DNA of 64,000 nt from Candidatus Brachythrix odensensis (lineage in GTDB: Bacteria; Chloroflexota; Anaerolineae; J036; Brachytrichaceae): assembly GCA_016714465.1 (NCBI GenBank), contig JADKDT010000005.1, positions 58,186 through 122,185 on the forward strand, in the 5' to 3' direction. The notes below the pieces were generated by a model. That model saw nothing but the letters and a program-made list of their open reading frames with translations. It did not search any database and was not told where the DNA came from. Shown piece by piece: positions 55,370-63,867 of this stretch (position 1 is its first letter; each line of letters starts with the position of its first letter). The position numbers and the translations under genes are program-made.

Positions 55370-55600
55370 ATGACAACCACGCATGTGACGGTTGAGGCTG
55401 TCATCGACCCGTCGGGTGTCGTGCGCATTCTGCAGCCGGTCGACATTCAGACTTCACGCAGGGCGCTTGTGACAATTCTCGACGAACCGGTCATTGAGAC
55501 GGCAGAGCCGGCTCTTTTGAGCGAAAACGCGCTTGCCGAAGATTGGTTGCGCCCCGAGGAGGACGCCGCATGGTCATACCTTCGCTCGGCGACATCGTAG
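55370..55600 (+). CDS. Type II antitoxin (pairs with the MazF/PemK toxin)
   Basis: ORF 55370..55600, 76 aa. The C-terminal LLSENALAEDWLRPEEDAAWSYL motif is typical of small antitoxins. Overlaps the toxin gene by 31 nt. Confidence 0.65.
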   Translation: MTTTHVTVEAVIDPSGVVRILQPVDIQTSRRALVTILDEPVIETAEPALLSENALAEDWLRPEEDAAWSYLRSATS

Positions 55601-55902
55601 TTCTGCCATTCCCGTTCTCTGATCTATCAGACAGTAAGCTGAGACCGGCTGTTGTTCTTGCGGAAGCCAGCAAGGGTGATTGGATTTTGTGCCAAATCAC
55701 CAGCAACCCCTATGGTGATGCGCAAGCGGTAACCATCGAGCAAACCGATTTCGAAACAGGAATGCTAAAACTGAAGAGCTTCGCTCGCCCACACAAGCTG
55801 TTCACAGCGAACCAGCAGCTTTTCATTTCGGTCGCAGGCCGACTAAAGCGTAGCAAGCTGAACGAGATTCGCTCAGCAATCATCGCTGTATTGTCCACGT
55901 AG
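55570..55902 (+). CDS. MazF/PemK-family endoribonuclease toxin
   Basis: ATG 55570 within ORF 55543..55902. GDIVVLPFPFSDLSDSKLRPAVVL and ..CQITSN.. motifs. Confidence 0.8.
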   Translation: MVIPSLGDIVVLPFPFSDLSDSKLRPAVVLAEASKGDWILCQITSNPYGDAQAVTIEQTDFETGMLKLKSFARPHKLFTANQQLFISVAGRLKRSKLNEIRSAIIAVLST

Positions 55903-56003
55903 GCTTGGCTTCCGTTGGGCAGTCCTGGACGCCACCTCGATCTTGATTGGGGGTATGTCGTGCGCGAGCGGCATTCTGTGTTCGCGCGGCTAAAATCCCC
56001 GCC

Positions 56004-56696
56004 GTGCTCACCGTCCTCGGCCCAACCACGCCCTTTCCGCCCCTGGCCCGGGCGATGCGCCGCCCCAACGGGCTGCTGGCGCTGGGCGGGCAGGCCACCC
56101 CGGCGCGCCTGCTCGAGGCCTACCGGCGAGGGATCTTCCCCTGGTCGGGGCCGGGCGAGCCGCTGCTGTGGTGGTCGCCCGATCCGCGGATGGTGCTGTT
56201 CACCGACGAATTTCATGCCAGCCGCTCGCTGTTGCGTGCGGTCAAGGCCGGCAAGTTTGAGATCCGAAGGGACACGGCCTTCCGCCAGGTGATGGAGGCC
56301 TGCGCGGAACCGCGCCCGGGCCAGGACGGAACCTGGATCACCCCCGAGATCCTCGATGGCTATTGCGGGTTGCACGCCCAAGGCTACGCCCACTCGGTCG
56401 AGAGCTGGCAGGACGGCGCGCTGGTCGGCGGGCTGTATGGGGTCCGCATCGGGCGAATGTTCTTTGGCGAGTCGATGTTCGCCCGGGTGACCGACGCGTC
56501 GAAGGTGGCGCTCGTCCACCTGGTTGAGGCCCTGCAGGCGGACGGCGTGCCGATGATCGACTGCCAACAGGAGACCGAGCACCTGGCCTCGTTTGGGGCC
56601 AGGCCGATCCCGCGGGCGGAGTTTGCGCGGCGGCTGGCGGAGTTGTGTGGAAGCGATGGGCCCGGCCGAGCCGGGCCCATCGTTTCCACAGTCTAA
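56004..56696 (+). CDS. aat: Leucyl/phenylalanyl-tRNA--protein transferase
   Basis: ORF 55947..56696; GTG 56004 is preferred. LLEAYRRGIFPW, WWSPDPRMVL, GESMF and DCQ motifs. Confidence 0.85.
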   Translation: MLTVLGPTTPFPPLARAMRRPNGLLALGGQATPARLLEAYRRGIFPWSGPGEPLLWWSPDPRMVLFTDEFHASRSLLRAVKAGKFEIRRDTAFRQVMEACAEPRPGQDGTWITPEILDGYCGLHAQGYAHSVESWQDGALVGGLYGVRIGRMFFGESMFARVTDASKVALVHLVEALQADGVPMIDCQQETEHLASFGARPIPRAEFARRLAELCGSDGPGRAGPIVSTV

Positions 56697-56705
56697 AATC
56701 AACGC

Positions 56706-58028
56706 GTGCCCGAGCTCCTCATCCCCGAAGACGGCATGCGCATTACGCGCGATGCCACCCTGGCGCCGGGCGTGCACTACCTGCCGCGCGGGATCGAGAT
56801 CGCCGCGGACGGGGTGACCCTCGACGGCAACGGGGCGGTCCTGGTCGGCGCCGACTTCTATGGCCGCGGGGTAACCTGCCGCCAGCGCAGCGGGGTGACG
56901 ATCCGCAACCTGCAGGTCGAGCGCTACGAGCACGGGTTGTGGTTCCAGGCCTGCGCCAATATCCGGCTGACCGCCAACCGGATCACCCGCACCCGCGAGA
57001 TCAGCGACACAAGCGTCTTCCTCGATGTGTGGCGTGACGAGCGGGACGCCTACGGCGGGGCGATCTATCTCAACGGCGTCATCGACAGCGTGCTCGAGCA
57101 CAACGATGTCCAGCATCAACAGAACGGAATCCTGCTCTACGGTTGCAACAAGATTGACGTGCTGGGCAACAACGCCTCGTTCAACAGCGGATTTGGAATC
57201 GGCCTATTCGGCTCATCCGACAACACGATCGACAACAACACCGCCGACTTCTGCTGCCGGATCCATCAGATTACCAAGGAGAGCGCCCTGACCGAGCGCT
57301 ATCACAACGGGGCCGACGCGGCCGGGCTGGTGCTGATGGGGTCGTCGTCGCGCAACATCGTCACCCACAACCGGCTGCGCGGGGGCGGGGATGGCGTCTT
57401 TCTGGGCGGCTTCCACAAGGACCTGATCCGGATGCCCTGCGACGACAACCTCTTTGAGGACAACGACGGGAGCTGGAGCCCGAACATCGCCTTCGAGGCG
57501 ACTTTCTCGGCCCGCAACGTCTTTCGGAACAACCGGGCCGACAACTGCAACTACGGGTTTTGGCTGGGCTACTCGTCCGAGACAACGGTCGAAGGCAACT
57601 CAATCTCGGGCAACCGCATCGCCGGGGTGGCGATCGAGCACGGGCATCACAACACGATCCGGGGAAATGCGTTCGAGCGCAACCGCGATGGCGCGCAGTT
57701 CTGGGTGAACGCCCAACCGGCCTTTCTCGATTACTACCCAGAGTGCGCCGAAAGCGGCGACACGGATGTGACAGGAAACACGTTTGAGCGCAACGACACC
57801 GCGGTCCGGATCTGGACCGGGCGGGAGGAAGGCGGGCCGGCCGCCGGGCCGCGCTGCCATCATTTCACCGTTGCGGGGAACACCCTGCGCGACAACCGGG
57901 TCGCGGCCCTGCTCGAGCGCGTGCGCGACTCGACCGTCTACGACAACCGGATCGCCGGCAATGTCGAGGCCGGGCTCAAGCTGGTCGGCTGCCGGGGAGT
58001 GAACACGGAAGGGAACAGATGGGTGTAG
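56706..58028 (+). CDS. Right-handed parallel beta-helix repeat protein (NosD/pectin-lyase-fold-like), no signal peptide
   Basis: ORF 56706..58028, 440 aa. Repeated N.I..N / GI.L motifs and many ..GN.. turns. Confidence 0.7.
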   Translation: MPELLIPEDGMRITRDATLAPGVHYLPRGIEIAADGVTLDGNGAVLVGADFYGRGVTCRQRSGVTIRNLQVERYEHGLWFQACANIRLTANRITRTREISDTSVFLDVWRDERDAYGGAIYLNGVIDSVLEHNDVQHQQNGILLYGCNKIDVLGNNASFNSGFGIGLFGSSDNTIDNNTADFCCRIHQITKESALTERYHNGADAAGLVLMGSSSRNIVTHNRLRGGGDGVFLGGFHKDLIRMPCDDNLFEDNDGSWSPNIAFEATFSARNVFRNNRADNCNYGFWLGYSSETTVEGNSISGNRIAGVAIEHGHHNTIRGNAFERNRDGAQFWVNAQPAFLDYYPECAESGDTDVTGNTFERNDTAVRIWTGREEGGPAAGPRCHHFTVAGNTLRDNRVAALLERVRDSTVYDNRIAGNVEAGLKLVGCRGVNTEGNRWV

Positions 58029-58030
58029 GG

Positions 58031-58458
58031 CTTGTCATGCTGAGCGCGCCCATGGAGCCGCGGTACAGCGTGCGTCCGGGCGCGCGAAGCATCTCTCCCT
58101 TGGCTGGGCGGGCTCTGACCTGCCGTGATAGAGACCCTTCGCCGGGCCATTCTGCGCGCGCCTGCTTAGTCTACGTGGCCCGGCTGCTCAGAAACCAGGC
58201 CCTTCTTCTACCTGCGGAAGCATCCTGAGCGGAGGGCGGCGGCCGAGATGAGCTCGGCCCCGGCCGTACCAGCCGCCCGCAGTCGAAGGACGCTTCCGCT
58301 GACGAATGGAGCGCAGGCGCCTTCGACTGCGCGCATCGACGCTTGCGCGCCGATGCGCTCCGCTCAGGATGCCTGCGCTTTTTGTGTGCGCGGTAGCGCA
58401 CACGCCGTTTCTGGTCGCCCTTTCCGCTGAAAGCGGTCCGGAACTCAGGGTGACAACG
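58031..58458. repeat. Second nest of GTCAT(C/G)CTGAG...CGAAG palindromic repeats
   Basis: Outer arms cttgtcatgctgagcg (58031-58046) / gaactcagggtgacaacg (58441-58458). Inner arms gcatcctgagcgga (58220-58233) / tccgctcaggatgc (58359-58372), with agtcgaaggacgc / gcgccttcgact inside. Confidence 0.7.
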
Positions 58459-58612
58459 GGCCGTTTCTGGCGGCCCCTCCCCTGATAGGGGTCAGGAACG
58501 GAGGATAGCAACCGTGTAGACAGCGCGGAAGCAATCCGCATGTTGTCGCTGAGGCCATCGTCGTGCCACATACGCCCTTGGCCTGAGCAGTTGCCTTTGT
58601 GGTGAAAAACCT

Positions 58613-59047
58613 CTATTCGCCGAACACCTTCCGCATCGTGATCGCGTAGTCGTGATAGCCAACCGCCCGGTAGAAGGCCTGGGCGGACGCGTTCTTGAGC
58701 CCGGTGAACAGGATGACCCCCGGCGCGCCGAGCGCGCGGGCCAGGGTCTCGGCCTCGGTTAGCAGCGCGCGGGCGATCCCGCGCCGACGAAAAGCCTCCT
58801 CGACGAAGAGCTCAGTCACCTCGGCATACGGCAGCGCGGTTGTGATCAACCGGGCAAAGCGCAGACAGGTGAAGCCGACTGCGCGCCCATCGACCCAGGC
58901 GAGGAGGGCCGCTCGGTGCGCGCCGCGGCGCGCAGATGCTCGGCCTGTTCGGCGGGGGGTGAGCGTCGCGCCGTTGAAGAGCCCGTTCAGGCGGGCCAGC
59001 TCGGCGGCATCGGTCTCCGCCGCGAGGCGGATGGAGAGCTCAGTCAT
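58613..59047 (-). CDS. GNAT-family N-acetyltransferase, translationally coupled to nhaA
   Basis: ATG 59047 overlaps the nhaA stop (ATGA). EEAFRRRGIARALL motif A and AQAFYRAVGY. Confidence 0.75.
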   Translation of the reverse strand: MTELSIRLAAETDAAELARLNGLFNGATLTPRRTGRASARRGAHRAALLAWVDGRAVGFTCLRFARLITTALPYAEVTELFVEEAFRRRGIARALLTEAETLARALGAPGVILFTGLKNASAQAFYRAVGYHDYAITMRKVFGE

Positions 59048-60222
59048 TCTTCCGTCACTGACATCGGCTGCCTCGCCAGGATGACGATTCCGACAACACC
59101 GGCCGTCAACGACGCGAGCAGGATGGCGATCTTGGACGCCTGGGTGATCACGGGGTCGGCGAAGGCGAGCAGGGTGATGAAAATCGACATGGTGAAGCCG
59201 ATCCCGCCCAGGAAGCCGCCGCCCAGGACGTGCTTCCAGGACAGATCGACGGGCAGGCGCGAGAGCCGGGCCTTGACCGCGGCCAGGCTGAACAGGGCGA
59301 TCCCGAGCGGCTTGCCCAGGACCAGGCCAAGGTAGATCCCCAGACCGTTGGACGAGAACAGCCCGCGGGCCCAGTCCCCGGTCAGGACGATCCCGGTGTT
59401 GGCCAGGGTGAAGAGCGGCATGATCAGAAAGGCAACCGGCCGGTGGAGAAAGTGCTGGAGCCGGGCGGAGGGCGACCCCTCCGCTCCACCGGCGAAAGGG
59501 ATGGCGAAGGCCAGCAGCACGCCGGTGATGGTCGCGTGAATGCCGGACTTGCCCATCAGGTACCACATCAGCACGCCCGGGATCAGGTAGAACGCCAGGC
59601 GGCGCACACCCAGCCGGTTGAGGACCAGCAGGCCGGCAAACACGGCCAGGGAGGCGAGCAAAAACGGGAGCGAGAAGTCCTTCGAGTAGAAGATCCCGAT
59701 CACGGCGATCGCGCCCAGGTCGTCGATGATGGCCAGGGCGGTCAGGAATATCTTGAGCGAGACCGGCACCCGCCGGCCGAGCAGAGACAAGGCGCCCAAC
59801 GCAAACGCGATGTCGGTGGCCATCGGGATCGCGATGCCGGGCTGGGTGGGCGTGCCCTGATTCAACAGAAAGTGAATGAGCACCGGGGTGAGCATGCCGC
59901 CGATGGCGGCCACGATTGGCAGCGAGGCGTTGCGCAGGTTGGACAACTCGCCGACATACAGTTCGCGCTCGATCTCCAGCCCGATCAGCAGAAAGAAGAC
60001 CGTCATCAGCCCGTCGTTGATCCAGTGCTCGAGGGTGTAATTCACCGAGATAACGCCGGCGATGTCGAGCGGGAGTTTGGCGTGCCAGAACTCGATCCAG
60101 GCCGGGCCGATGAGGACGTTGGCCAGCAGCAGCGAGGCGAGCGTGCAAGCGATCAAGATGACGCCCGAGGCGCGCTCGCTGTCGAAGAAACCGAGGAAAA
60201 GGCGGGTGAGTCGGGCAGGCAC
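59044..60222 (-). CDS. nhaA: Na+/H+ antiporter NhaA
   Basis: ORF 59044..60222 (GTG start). HWINDGLM, IPMATDIAFALG and AIIDDLGAI signature segments. Confidence 0.9.
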   Translation of the reverse strand: MPARLTRLFLGFFDSERASGVILIACTLASLLLANVLIGPAWIEFWHAKLPLDIAGVISVNYTLEHWINDGLMTVFFLLIGLEIERELYVGELSNLRNASLPIVAAIGGMLTPVLIHFLLNQGTPTQPGIAIPMATDIAFALGALSLLGRRVPVSLKIFLTALAIIDDLGAIAVIGIFYSKDFSLPFLLASLAVFAGLLVLNRLGVRRLAFYLIPGVLMWYLMGKSGIHATITGVLLAFAIPFAGGAEGSPSARLQHFLHRPVAFLIMPLFTLANTGIVLTGDWARGLFSSNGLGIYLGLVLGKPLGIALFSLAAVKARLSRLPVDLSWKHVLGGGFLGGIGFTMSIFITLLAFADPVITQASKIAILLASLTAGVVGIVILARQPMSVTEE

Positions 60223-60235
60223 GGCGCGCCCGAGT

Positions 60236-62656
60236 TTACTCGACCAGCAGCCGCCGGACGACCTTGCCCACGAAGTTCTTGGGCAGCTCCTTGCGGAACT
60301 CGATCTGCCAGGGCACGGCGTATTCCTCGAGCCGGCGCTTGCACAACGCGATCAGCTCGTCCTCGCTGGCGTCCTGGCCTGCCCGCAGCACGACGTAGGC
60401 CTTGACCCGCTGGAAGGGCCAGCGAGCGGGCTGCACCCCGACCACGGCGACTTCGCGGACCTTGGGGTGCTCATAGAGGACTTCCTCAACGTCGCGGGGG
60501 AAGACCTGGTAGTCGCCGGCCAGGATCATCTCGCGCTTGCGGGCCACGACTTCGCAATAGCCATCGGCGTCCATCCGGGCCACATCGCCGGTCAGCAGCC
60601 AGCCGTCGCGGGTGATGAACTCGCGCGGTGTCGGGTCGTTCCAGTAGCCCTGCATGACCTGCGGGCCGCGCACGGCCAACTCGCCGATCTGCCCGGGCGG
60701 CAGCTCCCGCCCGCTCGCCAGGTCGAGGATCTTCGCCTCGGTGCTGGGGACGGGAATGCCAATTGAGCCGACCTTGCGCCTGCCGTAGAGCGGGTTGGCG
60801 TGGGTGACCGTCGTGGCCTCCGTCAGGCCGTAACCCTCGACCAGCCGGCCCTTGGTCAGCTTCTCAAAGGCCTCCTGGACCTCGACGGGGAGCGGGGCAG
60901 CGCCCGAGATGCAGGCCCGGATGCTGCGGATGCCAAATCGGCGCGCGCCCGGGAAGTTGTTGATGGCGACGAACATGGTCGGCACGCCGGGGAAGATCGT
61001 GGGCTTGTGGCGTTTGATGGCCTCGAGCACATCCCGGGTGACAAATCCGGGCATGATCACCATCGTCGCGCCCATGGCGACCGGGACGTTCATCGCCCCG
61101 GTCATGCCATATACATGCGAGAACGGCAGCACGCACAGGAAGACCTCGTGGCCCTCGCGCAGATCGGGGATCCAGTGCCGGGTCTGCAGGGTGTTGGCGA
61201 TGAGGTTGCGGTGGGAAAGCATGACGCCCTTGGGATCGGCCGTTGTGCCGCTGGTGTACTGGATCAGGGCGAGGTCATCGGGGGCGATGGCGACGCCCGG
61301 CTCGGTTGCGGGCTGGCGGGCGAGCGCCTCGCGGTAGCGGAGCATCCCCTCGATGGCGGGCGGGCGGGTGAAGGGGCGGGCCCAGACCGGGAGGTAGTCG
61401 CCGACGTTGGCGAGGATGACCCGCTCGATCTTCGTGGCGTCCAGGGCCATTCGGGCGGCGGTGGCGTTACGGTCGAGGGTGACCAGCACCCGCGCCCCGC
61501 TGTCGTTGGCCTGGCGGATGAGCTCGGCGGGCTCGGACAGGGGGGTGGTGGAAACGGCCACCGCGCCGGCCCGCAGCGTGCCGTAATAGGCGACGACGGC
61601 CTGGGGCAGATTGGGCAGGAGCAGCAGGACCCGGTCGCCCTTCTTGACCCCCAGTTCGATCAGCAGATGGGCGAAGCGCGAGGCGTCCCTGTCCAACGCA
61701 CGATAGCTGATCTTGTTGGTGAGCGGCCCGCGCCCGAAGATCATGGCGTGGCGGTGGGGGAAGCGCCGGGCGGTGGCGCGCAGGACCTCGGGGAGCGCGA
61801 CCGGCGGGATGCTGATCGTGGGCGGGACGTCCTTGTCGTAGAAGGACAACCACGGCGCGGCCCGGGTCTCGGGCGCGGGCGCCGGGGAGCGGCCGCGCGG
61901 GCGCTCGGCGACAAAGCGCTCGATGGCCCGGTTGACGGCGGCGGTCCGCTCGAGCATGACCATATGCCCGCTCGCGCCGACGTCGACCTCCTCGGCCCCG
62001 GGGATGGTCCGGGCCACATCGGTGAAGTAGCGCGGCTCGAAGACGTTGTCGCGGTTGCCGCGGATGACGAGGGTCGGTGTTTGCAGGCTGCGAAAAGCGC
62101 TCCAGCCCTGCCAGACCGAGACCGCGTTGCGATACATGTCGGAAATGGCGTGCGGGCGGGCAAACATGGCCCGGTAGGCGTAAGCGCGGTGGATGGCGCT
62201 CAGCACGGGCAGGGGCAGACGGAGCAGGGCTTTGGCCGGGCCGGTGAGCTTGAACTCGCCGGCGGTGGCGAGCAGGACGAGCTTTTCGACCCGCTCGGGG
62301 TGGGCGAGGGCGTATTCGGTCACGATCGCGCCGCCAAAGGAGTGGCCGAGCAGGACGATGCGCCCAGTGACGCCGAGCAGGGTCAGGGCGGCGTCGAGGT
62401 CGGCGACGTGCTCGGCGACGGTATAGGCGCTGTGCGGGGCGTCGGATTGGCCATGCCCGCGCAGATCGGGGGCGATGACCCGGGCGGTGTCGGAGAAGGC
62501 CAGGAGTTGGTTGCGCCACTGAGTGGCCTTGCCCCCGAAGCCGTGGATGAAGACCATCGTGCGCGCGGGGGCTTCCGGCGCGATGTCGATGACGCTCAGG
62601 CGCAGGCCGGGGCTGATCTGCGCGTCACGGCGATAAAGCTCGATGTCGACCTGCAT
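60236..62656 (-). CDS. Fusion protein: N-terminal alpha/beta hydrolase + C-terminal AMP-forming acyl-CoA synthetase (FadD-like)
   Basis: ORF 60236..62656, 806 aa. HGFGG and GHSFGG nucleophile elbow in residues 1-270. YTSGTTADPKGV (AMP motif), GYGLTE and a GEL..RGP-like core follow. Confidence 0.85.
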   Translation of the reverse strand: MQVDIELYRRDAQISPGLRLSVIDIAPEAPARTMVFIHGFGGKATQWRNQLLAFSDTARVIAPDLRGHGQSDAPHSAYTVAEHVADLDAALTLLGVTGRIVLLGHSFGGAIVTEYALAHPERVEKLVLLATAGEFKLTGPAKALLRLPLPVLSAIHRAYAYRAMFARPHAISDMYRNAVSVWQGWSAFRSLQTPTLVIRGNRDNVFEPRYFTDVARTIPGAEEVDVGASGHMVMLERTAAVNRAIERFVAERPRGRSPAPAPETRAAPWLSFYDKDVPPTISIPPVALPEVLRATARRFPHRHAMIFGRGPLTNKISYRALDRDASRFAHLLIELGVKKGDRVLLLLPNLPQAVVAYYGTLRAGAVAVSTTPLSEPAELIRQANDSGARVLVTLDRNATAARMALDATKIERVILANVGDYLPVWARPFTRPPAIEGMLRYREALARQPATEPGVAIAPDDLALIQYTSGTTADPKGVMLSHRNLIANTLQTRHWIPDLREGHEVFLCVLPFSHVYGMTGAMNVPVAMGATMVIMPGFVTRDVLEAIKRHKPTIFPGVPTMFVAINNFPGARRFGIRSIRACISGAAPLPVEVQEAFEKLTKGRLVEGYGLTEATTVTHANPLYGRRKVGSIGIPVPSTEAKILDLASGRELPPGQIGELAVRGPQVMQGYWNDPTPREFITRDGWLLTGDVARMDADGYCEVVARKREMILAGDYQVFPRDVEEVLYEHPKVREVAVVGVQPARWPFQRVKAYVVLRAGQDASEDELIALCKRRLEEYAVPWQIEFRKELPKNFVGKVVRRLLVE

Positions 62657-62686
62657 GGTGGCCCAAGGGTAACCGGGAACGGGGAT

Positions 62687-62716
62687 TTGGCAAGCGCGAG
62701 ACCGCCATGCTATGAT
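62687..62716 (+). promoter_or_regulatory. Putative promoter of the MNT gene, leaderless geometry
   Basis: TTGGCA (62687-62692), 18-nt spacer, TATGAT (62711-62716), then 8 nt to ATG 62725. Confidence 0.4.
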
Positions 62717-62724
62717 CTTTCAGC

Positions 62725-63129
62725 ATGCTGGACACGATCAGGTGCGTCCTGCTTGAAGCGTTCCCCGACGCCCAGGCCATCTATCATTTCGGGTCAACCG
62801 CCCGCGGAGAAGGCGCGCCTGGCAGCGACATTGACCTTGCGCTATTGCTGCCCCACGACACCGCGAAGCATATCGACAGCCTCACGTTGTTGGACGTATC
62901 GGTGCGATTGACGCGAGCCCTGAGCCGGGATGTGGATCTCATCAACGCGCGTGACGTGTCGACCGTGTTTCAGATGGAGATTCTGCGCACGGGGCAGGTC
63001 ATTGATTGCGCCGATGAGCACGCCCGGCTCGAGTACGAGATGCGGACGCTGTCCAGCTATTTCAAACTAAACGAAGAGCGGGGCGATATTCTGCGGCAGT
63101 TTCAGGAGACACACCGGCGTGCCGTGTGA
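62725..63129 (+). CDS. MNT-type nucleotidyltransferase (type VII TA antitoxin, HepT partner)
   Basis: ORF 62725..63129. FGSTARGEGAPGSDIDLALL (GSx10DxD) motif. Confidence 0.8.
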   Translation: MLDTIRCVLLEAFPDAQAIYHFGSTARGEGAPGSDIDLALLLPHDTAKHIDSLTLLDVSVRLTRALSRDVDLINARDVSTVFQMEILRTGQVIDCADEHARLEYEMRTLSSYFKLNEERGDILRQFQETHRRAV

Positions 63130-63146
63130 TGCGTTGACTTGCGGCA

Positions 63147-63358
63147 CCGTCCCAAGTGGGATCCGGAACGAGCGCCGACGCTCGAAATGCTAGGCCGGCT
63201 CCAGAGCCCTCCGACGAATGGTGAGGATGGTCGGATTTCGCAATCTTGTCATCCATGCCTACCGCAAGGTCGATCTGGCCATCGTCGTGAGTGTGATTGT
63301 TGATCGTCTTGACGATGTGATTGCCTTTGGCGACAGAGTATTGGGTCTGACAGACTGA
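63147..63358 (+). pseudogene. HEPN/DUF86 (HepT) toxin remnant: only the C-terminal ~50 aa is readable
   Basis: RALRRMVRMVGFRNLVIHAYRKVDLAIVVSVIVDRLDDVIAF.. ends at TGA 63356-63358 and carries the Rx4HxY motif. The upstream part (..PTLEMLGRLQ) is in another frame. Only about 20 nt separate it from the MNT stop, so the N-terminal ~70 aa are missing. Confidence 0.65.
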
Positions 63359-63363
63359 CGCGC

Positions 63364-63469
63364 GATCACGGATGACACGGATGCTGCAGATGACACGGAG
63401 GCGCTCGAGTCGATGAGCGCGAGCCGTCCCGTGGAATCCGGCTCATCCGCGAAATCCGTGATTCAGACA
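63364..63469. repeat. CACGGA-family inverted-repeat (MITE-like) element, complete copy
   Basis: gatcacggatgacacggatgctgcagatgacacggagg ... ccgtggaatccggctcatccgcgaaatccgtgattcagaca. Confidence 0.8.
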
Positions 63470-63720
63470 GGGGCAGGGGCAACCCTCTGCCAACGCTTTG
63501 TGTCAAGTGCAATCGCCTGGAGCCGCTCGCGGCTGGCGTCATCGACAAACATCTCGACATAGCCGCAGGCGCGGCAGACATACGGCTCGAGCATCAGGAT
63601 GAGACCGGTGTTGTTGCGGATGGCGCTGAGGTGCAGCAGGCCGCTGCCGGCTTCGAGCGGGGCCTTGACCCCGCGGTAGACCTCGCTGGAATGGCACTTG
63701 GGACAGGTTCCGGTTTTCAT
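63463..63720 (-). CDS. Small zinc-ribbon protein (CxxC...CxxC), function unknown
   Basis: ORF 63463..63720, 85 aa. CPKC near the N-terminus and CRAC at residues 49-52. The stop codon lies inside the repeat element. Confidence 0.55.
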   Translation of the reverse strand: MKTGTCPKCHSSEVYRGVKAPLEAGSGLLHLSAIRNNTGLILMLEPYVCRACGYVEMFVDDASRERLQAIALDTKRWQRVAPAPV

Positions 63721-63783
63721 GGGCGAACTGTAGCGCGAAAGACGATTTCGCGGCGAGAGCCCAGGGCTCTGGACCCGTCATGC

Positions 63784-63856
63784 GAACACCCTAAAGGTGG
63801 GCCCCGATACGCTTTGATCGATTGCGTATTCATGCGGGCCCACCTTTAGGGTGTTC
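63784..63856. repeat. GGTGGGCCC-family hairpin
   Basis: gaacaccctaaaggtgggccc ... gggcccacctttagggtgttc: 21-bp perfect arms with a 31-nt loop. Confidence 0.8.
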
Positions 63857-63867
63857 GCCGTTCGGGT

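Noticed and set aside
47060-55950. Calling the low-GC block an integrative element, prophage or ICE
   Set aside because: There is no integrase, recombinase, transposase or phage or conjugation gene, no flanking tRNA, and no direct repeats that I could see. It is reported only as a compositional island.
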